This document shows positions 58,054 through 64,000 of a stretch of DNA of 64,000 nt, in pieces (the stretch's first letter is position 1; every line of letters begins with the position of its first letter). Position numbers and translations under genes: made by a program. A model generated the notes under the pieces. It saw only the letters and a list, made by a program, of their open reading frames with translations. It did no database searches and was not told where the DNA came from. The DNA comes from an uncultured Opitutaceae bacterium (GTDB lineage: Bacteria > Verrucomicrobiota > Verrucomicrobiia > Opitutales > Opitutaceae): contig CALFNN010000080.1 of the NCBI GenBank assembly GCA_937902925.1, forward strand, positions 1-64,000. Reading direction: 5' to 3'.

Positions 58054-59283
58054 TCAGGGCTTGGCCGGGACGGCGGCGGGCGGCTTGGCCCCGGCCTTCT
58101 TGTCGTCCGCCTTGGCGGGGGCGGGCGGCGGCGGGGGCGGGGCGGGCTCGAAAAGTTCGTCCGTCTTTTGCGGGAGGCCGGTGAAGATGTAGTCGGAAAT
58201 CTGGAAGGCCCGTTTCTGCATGAGCGCGTTCACCGGCGCGGCGGCGTCGCTGCTGGAGACGACGACGAAGACGGGACCGGCGGGAATGGTTTCGTATTCG
58301 GGTGCGAGGGGTTTCTTTTCGTCCGGCTTCTTGTCGTCGGCGGCCTTGGGTTCGCTTTCCTTGGGGGCGGTTTCCTTCTTGGCGAGATCGGTCACGGAGC
58401 CCAGGGAGGCCGGACCGGTCTTGCCGTCGGTGGTCGGCGCGGGCGGCTTGAGTTTCTTCTCCTCGGGCTTGCGGCCCATCGCGACGGTGTAGGTCTTGCC
58501 GTCAAAAGTCGTGAGCTTGAAAACGCGTTCGTTCGCCTTGGCCGCGGCGAAGTTCGGATCGGTGAGGTCGTTGGTGTCGGAAAAGCGAATGTTTCCGAGC
58601 GAGGAGAGAACCGAGGAGACCTTGTCGGCTTTCACTTTTTGCCCCGCCGGTGTCTTGCCGGCGGTCCACGGGTCATCCTTCTTGGCGCGGGAAACCGTGA
58701 CCGGTCCGCCGTCGGTGAAAGGAATTTCGACCTTCGCGATATCCTCGGGCTTGAGATTCAGGAGTTCGGCGTTGGCCCAGTTCTTCGATTCGGAGTCGAT
58801 CCAAGCGCTGACATTGGCGAGGTAACCTTTCTGTTCGGTGCCGTAGCGCACGTAGCGGCCGCCGCTGTCGGCGGTCTTGCCGAGGGTGACGGACCAGAGT
58901 TCCTTGCCGGCCGCGTCGAGGAGCGCGACCTTGGTGTCCTTGAACTCGAGACGCGCGAGGCGTTCGGCGTTGCTCGTGACGAGACGCTGGATCTTGGCGT
59001 CGGTGAGATTGCCGATGAAACCGGAGAGCTTGGTGAAATCGGCGGGAAGGTCGTAGTAGGACGTGACGCGCCAGGTGCCGTCGGATTGGCGCGCGAGGTC
59101 GACGGTCTTGCCCTGGTCGGAGAGACGAAGCTTGGCGGCTTTTTCCACCACAGCCTGGTCGACGAGCGACTGGCCGAGGCGCGGGTCGGTCGACGGCGGC
59201 GGGGCGGGACGACGGGCGATGAAGGCGGCGACGGACAACGCGGCGAGGACGGCGACGGTGATGATCAGGGAGCGGAGTTTCAT
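58054..59283 (-). CDS. DUF4340 domain protein (GldG-associated)
   Basis: N-terminal TM anchor, large periplasmic domain, Pro/Lys/Ala-rich C-terminal tail; directly downstream of the GldG-like gene as is typical for DUF4340. Confidence 0.75.
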   Translation of the reverse strand: MKLRSLIITVAVLAALSVAAFIARRPAPPPSTDPRLGQSLVDQAVVEKAAKLRLSDQGKTVDLARQSDGTWRVTSYYDLPADFTKLSGFIGNLTDAKIQRLVTSNAERLARLEFKDTKVALLDAAGKELWSVTLGKTADSGGRYVRYGTEQKGYLANVSAWIDSESKNWANAELLNLKPEDIAKVEIPFTDGGPVTVSRAKKDDPWTAGKTPAGQKVKADKVSSVLSSLGNIRFSDTNDLTDPNFAAAKANERVFKLTTFDGKTYTVAMGRKPEEKKLKPPAPTTDGKTGPASLGSVTDLAKKETAPKESEPKAADDKKPDEKKPLAPEYETIPAGPVFVVVSSSDAAAPVNALMQKRAFQISDYIFTGLPQKTDELFEPAPPPPPPAPAKADDKKAGAKPPAAVPAKP

Positions 59284-59377
59284 CGCGAAGAAGCGGGAAA
59301 GTCGAAAGTGAGTGGGAAGGGAGGGTCGCGAGAGAGGTGGAATCCAGCCGGGACGCGAGGCCGGGCGGAGGTTGGCG

Positions 59378-61291
59378 CTACTTTTTGCGGGCGCGGTAGA
59401 ACCAGAGGCCGAAACCGCAGACGAGCAGCGGGCTGGCGAGCAGGTTGAGGATCAGCAGGTGATTTTCGAGGGCGTCGATGTCCTCGCGGAGCGCGCGGCG
59501 GATTTCGCGGCGCTGCCCGCGGAGGTCGGCCTGCTGCTTTTGGAAATCCTCGATGGCCTTGGCCATCTCGGGCGTGGCGACGAGGCGGTTGCCTTCGGTC
59601 TTCTTGCCCTGGATGTCGCTCAATTTTTTCTGCACATCGGAAAGGCGGGCATCGAGCTCGGTGAGCTTGTCCTGGTATTTCTTCTGGGCCGTCGCCTCCA
59701 TCTTGCGCACGACGGTGAACGGCCGGATCGAGCTGCCCTTGCCGCGAATGGAGATGAGGTCCTCGGAGCCGCCGAGGAACTCCATGGTGTTGGCGGCGAG
59801 GGCGAGGTTGTCGTTGAACGGCTCGGCGGCGGTCTGGCCGAAGAAGTTGTATTTGCGAACGCTGTAGTCGTCGAAGAGCCAGTCGGTGTCCGCGATGACG
59901 AAGAGCGTCGAGGTCGTCTTCGATTCCTTGAGCGCGGGCGCGGCGGGTTTTTCCTCGGGCTTTTTCTCGTCCTTCTTGTCGGCCGTCTTCGCGGCGTCGT
60001 CCTTTTTCTCCTCCTCCTTCGGCGGACCGTCGGGGAACGCGGACTTGAACTTGCCGGTGACGAGCGCGGCGATGGTTTTCTCGCCGCTCGGCGTGATCTG
60101 CCGCGAAACGTCGTCGGGCTGGGCGAATTGCAGCATCATGCTCGCGACGGTGCCGGCCTGCGCGGAGGTGCGGATGAGCGGCGTGAAGGTGAGGCTGCTG
60201 CCGGCCTTGGGGGCGATGGCGCCCGCCTCGATGAACATCGCGGAGTTGAGTTGCGCGGTCGCCATCGCCTGCTGGTTGAAGGCGTCCTTCTGCAGGCTGA
60301 GCCAGATGGGATAACGGGCGACGCCGCCGTTGCCGGTCGAGACCTGGGTCGCGTTGTTGAGGTCGCCGACGACCTTCTGCGGATCGTAGTCGACGCCGTA
60401 AGCGTTGAGCAGCGTCGGCAGATCGCTCGAGACGTTGGGCTGCGGGCCGCCCATCATGGCCTGCTGGCCGCCCTGGCGCTTGAAGTATTGCGAGGCGGGA
60501 TCGACGGCGAGGAAGACGGGCTTGCCGCCGAGGAGGAACTGGTCGATGGCGAACTGGAGCTTGGGCGTGACGTTCTCCGGATGGATCACCGCGAGGGCGT
60601 CGAGGCCGGCGGGGAGTTCGGTCGCGGTGGGTTCGACGGTGACGATGTCGAAAGTATCCTTCCATTCCTCGATGATGAACTGGCCGGGCTGAGGCTGCTG
60701 CCGCATCATCATCATCATTTGCACGTCCTGCGGATTGCTGCCCTGGAGCGGCAGGCTGGTGAGCAGGCCGAGCTTCCGCTTGTCGAGTTGCTGCACGCTG
60801 TAGATGAGCTTCGAGAGGTCGTATTCGAGGAACTGCTCGCGTTGCGGCGTGAAGGCCGGGACGGTTTTCTGCTGGTCGGCCTGGATCACGACCAGGCCGA
60901 AGTAGAACTGGTCGCCGCCCTGCTGCGAAACCTGGGGCGTGAGGCCGGCGGCGGTCGCCTTCTCCTCCTCGGGCGTGTCGGGACCCGGGTTGATGACGTT
61001 GAGCGTGAGGTGGCCATGCCCGGCGCGGACGTATTGGCGGAGCATCTCCTCGACGCGCGCGGCGTAGTTCTTGTAGGCGATGGGGAGGCCGTTCGCGTCC
61101 TTGGAAAAATAAAGCTCGAGCGAGACCGGTTCCTCGATCTTGCCGAGCATCGCCTTGGTGCCGGGCGAGAGCGAATAGATGGACTCGGCCGTCGCGTCGA
61201 GCCGCACAGGGATCGACGAGGCGAGGTAGTTGACGAGCACGAGGCCGACGAAAAGGAGCGCGATGGCGAGGGCTTTGCTGCCGAATTTCAT
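59378..61291 (-). CDS. gldG: GldG-like auxiliary component of ABC-2 transporter
   Basis: N-terminal TM, large periplasmic domain, C-terminal coiled coil and TM anchor (LLILNLLASPLLVCGFGLWFY). Lies after the ABC-2 permease and ATPase genes. Confidence 0.8.
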   Translation of the reverse strand: MKFGSKALAIALLFVGLVLVNYLASSIPVRLDATAESIYSLSPGTKAMLGKIEEPVSLELYFSKDANGLPIAYKNYAARVEEMLRQYVRAGHGHLTLNVINPGPDTPEEEKATAAGLTPQVSQQGGDQFYFGLVVIQADQQKTVPAFTPQREQFLEYDLSKLIYSVQQLDKRKLGLLTSLPLQGSNPQDVQMMMMMRQQPQPGQFIIEEWKDTFDIVTVEPTATELPAGLDALAVIHPENVTPKLQFAIDQFLLGGKPVFLAVDPASQYFKRQGGQQAMMGGPQPNVSSDLPTLLNAYGVDYDPQKVVGDLNNATQVSTGNGGVARYPIWLSLQKDAFNQQAMATAQLNSAMFIEAGAIAPKAGSSLTFTPLIRTSAQAGTVASMMLQFAQPDDVSRQITPSGEKTIAALVTGKFKSAFPDGPPKEEEKKDDAAKTADKKDEKKPEEKPAAPALKESKTTSTLFVIADTDWLFDDYSVRKYNFFGQTAAEPFNDNLALAANTMEFLGGSEDLISIRGKGSSIRPFTVVRKMEATAQKKYQDKLTELDARLSDVQKKLSDIQGKKTEGNRLVATPEMAKAIEDFQKQQADLRGQRREIRRALREDIDALENHLLILNLLASPLLVCGFGLWFYRARKK

Positions 61292-61309
61292 GGTGGGGCG
61301 GCGAAGGGT

Positions 61310-62035
61310 TTAGCGTTCGAGGGCGACGACGTTAAGGAAGAGCGTGAAGCCCATCAGCGACAGGAAGAACACGACGTCCTTTGGGTCGATGATGCCCTTG
61401 GTGAACGCATCGAAATGCGTGATGAAGCTGAAATTCGCGAATGCGTCCGCGACCGCGACCGGCAGGAAGCCCTCGAGCGTGTCGGTGAAGCTGCTGAAAC
61501 CGAGAAACAGGACGATCGCGCAGGCGCCGAGACTGAGCACGAAGCTGATGACCTGGTTTTTCGTGAGCGCCGACGTGAGCGCGCAGACGCCGAGGTAGCC
61601 GCCGGCCATCAGGATCGCGCCGAGATAGGTCGTGACGATGACGCCCCAATCGGGGTCGCCGAGATAGGCGAGCGTGAGCGTCATCGGAAAACTCAGCAGC
61701 ACGGCGAGCGAGAGGAACGCCCAGCCGGCGAGAAATTTGCCGAGCACCGCCTCGAGCGTCGTGACGGGCAGAGTGAAGAGCAACTCGACGGTGCCGGAGC
61801 GCTTTTCCTCGGACCAGAGCCGCATGCCGACGGCGGGGACGATGAAGAGAAAAAGCCACGGGAAAAACGTGAAGTAGCTCTCCATGCTCGCGACGCCGCC
61901 CTTGAAGAAGCCGCCGTAGCGCGAAAAGGCGAGCGACACAGAGATGACGAGAAAGGCGACGAGGAAGACGTAGGCGACGGGCGCGCGGAAATAGCCGAGG
62001 AACTCGCGCTTGAAGACGGGGGGAATCTGTTTCAT
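61310..62035 (-). CDS. ABC-2 type transporter permease (GldF-like)
   Basis: Six TM helices, 241 aa, between the ATPase and gldG. Confidence 0.8.
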   Translation of the reverse strand: MKQIPPVFKREFLGYFRAPVAYVFLVAFLVISVSLAFSRYGGFFKGGVASMESYFTFFPWLFLFIVPAVGMRLWSEEKRSGTVELLFTLPVTTLEAVLGKFLAGWAFLSLAVLLSFPMTLTLAYLGDPDWGVIVTTYLGAILMAGGYLGVCALTSALTKNQVISFVLSLGACAIVLFLGFSSFTDTLEGFLPVAVADAFANFSFITHFDAFTKGIIDPKDVVFFLSLMGFTLFLNVVALER

Positions 62036-62054
62036 GGGCGGGAACGGGGCGGGC

Positions 62055-62777
62055 TTACACGTCGGACGCGGTCAGCGCGCGGAAAACTTCATCCAAGCGC
62101 GCCCCGGGCTTGCGCGCGTGAAGCTGGGCCGGGGTCTCGTCGGCGACGACCTTGCCCTGCGAGATGATGATCACGCGGGTGCAGATGGCGTCGACCTCCT
62201 CGAGGATGTGCGTCGAGAGGATGACCGCCTTTTCGACCGCCATGTTCTTGATGAGCGAGCGGACCTCGTTCTTCTGGTTGGGGTCGAGGCCGTCGGTCGG
62301 TTCGTCGAGCACCAGCGCCGGCGGGTCGTGGAGGAGCGCCTGCGCGAAGCCGACGCGCTGCTTGAAACCCTTCGAGAGCGTCTCGATCGTCTGCGCGCGG
62401 ACCGGCGCGAGATGGGTCAGGCCGATGGCGCGGTCGACCGCGGCGCGCCGGGCGTCGTGGGCGCGAAAGCCGCGCACCTCGGCAATGAACGCGAGAAACT
62501 CCTCGACGGTCATCTCGGGATAGGCGGGCGCGCTCTCCGGGAGGTAGCCGAGCTTGCGTTTGACGGCGACGGGATCGGCCGTGACATCGATGCCGTCGAC
62601 GGTGGCGGTGCCGGCGTCGGGCCGCAGGAAGCCCGTGATCATCTTCATCGTGGTCGACTTGCCGGCGCCGTTGGGGCCGAGGAAGCCGAGGATATCGCCG
62701 CGTTTCACGGCGAAGCTGACGCCGTCGACTGCGCGTTTGGGGCCGTATGTTTTAACCAGACCTTTGACTTCAATCAT
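62055..62777 (-). CDS. ABC transporter ATP-binding protein (GldA-like)
   Basis: Walker A FLGPNGAGKSTTMKMI, LSKGFKQRVGFAQAL, Walker B LVLDEPTDGLD. Start at MIEVKGL (cat 62775-62777). Confidence 0.85.
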   Translation of the reverse strand: MIEVKGLVKTYGPKRAVDGVSFAVKRGDILGFLGPNGAGKSTTMKMITGFLRPDAGTATVDGIDVTADPVAVKRKLGYLPESAPAYPEMTVEEFLAFIAEVRGFRAHDARRAAVDRAIGLTHLAPVRAQTIETLSKGFKQRVGFAQALLHDPPALVLDEPTDGLDPNQKNEVRSLIKNMAVEKAVILSTHILEEVDAICTRVIIISQGKVVADETPAQLHARKPGARLDEVFRALTASDV

Positions 62778-62909
62778 GATTGGGCGAAGCGGGAGGGAAC
62801 AAAACGGTTCTGACAAACGCGACGGAAAAGGTTCCGTTTTAAATTTGCGGGCGAGTGGCGTAAAAAATCGCGGGGCGCCGGGGCAAGGGAAATTTTCTGG
62901 CGCGGAGAT

Positions 62910-63983
62910 TTATGACGAAGGTGCGTCGACGCCCAATATCATAAAACCGGGATTTTCGCCGAGGACTTGCAGTCGGAACGGCGGGCCGCCCCAGCGGGCG
63001 TGGCGGTTCACGAAGGCGACCGCCGGGGCGAATTTCGAGAGCACGACGACGTGCAGCCCCGACTCACGCCACCGGCGGGCGGCGTCGGCGGGGGACAGTT
63101 GCGGGTCGAACAACCACGCCGCCTGCGGGCTCCAGAACGGAATCGCGGAGACGCCGTGGGGCGCGAGCAGCGGTTGAAAGCCGGGGCTGTCGGTGAGCAC
63201 GACCGAGGGATGCTGCGCAAGAATCGCGGGCACAATTTGTTCGCCACCGCCGGGCGCGGCCGGCGGCGCGAGGCGCCATGGCGCGGGCCAGTCGCGGAGA
63301 GGGATACGTGCGGGATTCTGCGGCAACAGCAGCGTGAACGGGAGCGTGACGAGAACCAGCGCGGCGGGCAACGCGGACCGAACGGCGACGAACCGCGCGC
63401 GGGCAACGAGAACTCCCGCGGCAACCGCACCGAGGGCGAGCGCCGGACTCGCCACGCGCAGGGAATAGAACAATCCGCCGATGGTATAGGGGACCGAGAG
63501 AAACCAGAGGCCAAGCAGAGTCGCGATCGCCACCCCGGCAAATGCGGCGCGACGCTGCCGGCGGGCCGCTACCAGCAAGACGATCCATCCGGTGAGCGCG
63601 GGGGCGGCGCCAAGGGCGAGCCAGCGCAGCACGTAGAGCCAGCCGGCGCGGTCGGCGAGCGCGGCGCCGAAGACTGCCCGGTGGTGGTTGAGCCATGCGA
63701 CGAAGACGGCGTTGACCGGCAGCAGCCCCGCGAAATCGAGACTGTAGAAGGGGTTTCCGGTGCGGAGAACGCAACGCGCGGGCCACGCCAGCGCGAGCGG
63801 GAGCGCCGCGAGTGCGAACGCGATCCACGTCGCACGCGTCGCGCGTCCGAAAAGCAGTGCCGCGACCGCCAGCGCGGGGAAAACGAGACCGTATTCGCGC
63901 GTCATCGCGCCGAGCACGGCGACGAGTCCGGCGGCGGCGGCCCAGGCAGGACGGGAGGTCGACCGCCACCGCAGGAGCGCCAA
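62910..63983 (-). CDS. hypothetical polytopic membrane protein (possibly continues upstream of window end)
   Basis: 357 aa with at least 8 hydrophobic helices, Ala/Leu/Arg-rich. No family assigned. Only 17 nt remain to the window edge, so the N-terminus may be truncated. Confidence 0.45.
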   Translation of the reverse strand: MALLRWRSTSRPAWAAAAGLVAVLGAMTREYGLVFPALAVAALLFGRATRATWIAFALAALPLALAWPARCVLRTGNPFYSLDFAGLLPVNAVFVAWLNHHRAVFGAALADRAGWLYVLRWLALGAAPALTGWIVLLVAARRQRRAAFAGVAIATLLGLWFLSVPYTIGGLFYSLRVASPALALGAVAAGVLVARARFVAVRSALPAALVLVTLPFTLLLPQNPARIPLRDWPAPWRLAPPAAPGGGEQIVPAILAQHPSVVLTDSPGFQPLLAPHGVSAIPFWSPQAAWLFDPQLSPADAARRWRESGLHVVVLSKFAPAVAFVNRHARWGGPPFRLQVLGENPGFMILGVDAPSS

Positions 63984-64000
63984 CGCGAGTCCGAGCGCAG

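Overview
High-GC (~65-70%) bacterial chromosomal segment with dense, mostly minus-strand coding. Gene content (fused E1 alpha/beta dehydrogenase, kdsC-lptC-lptA-lptB-hprK, GldA/F/G-like ABC-2 exporter, many membrane-tethered ECF sigma fusions) suggests a Verrucomicrobia-like organism; this is a low-confidence taxonomic guess. Recognisable housekeeping blocks: sucC (partial), RNase PH, HprK, the LPS-transport operon, fused 2-oxoacid dehydrogenase E1, sucA-sucB-lpdA, metF, rpiB and YciH/SUI1. Accessory/unusual content: (1) a flotillin operon whose NfeD partner is fused to an N-terminal ECF sigma-70 domain, with a TerB-like gene downstream; (2) a second sigma-TM-ExbD-like fusion paralog; (3) a VapBC (Phd/YefM-PIN) module sitting between a DUF1016_N-thermonuclease fusion gene and a ~300-bp duplicated remnant of that gene's 3' end; (4) a five-gene circularly-permuted ATP-grasp / alpha-E / transglutaminase x2 / DUF2126-like cluster, a predicted peptide-modification system of unknown function; (5) a nickel-independent urea amidolyase cluster (urea carboxylase, allophanate hydrolase, two DUF1989 proteins, NitT/TauT-type ABC transporter) with a NikR regulator embedded; (6) several families of intergenic palindromic/tandem-oligomer repeat elements, and a 21-bp palindrome TTGTCAACTAATAGTTGACAA present in two promoter regions. 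No rRNA, tRNA, CRISPR array, transposase or integrase was recognised. Many long plus-strand ORFs in the six-frame track are antisense artefacts of the high GC content.
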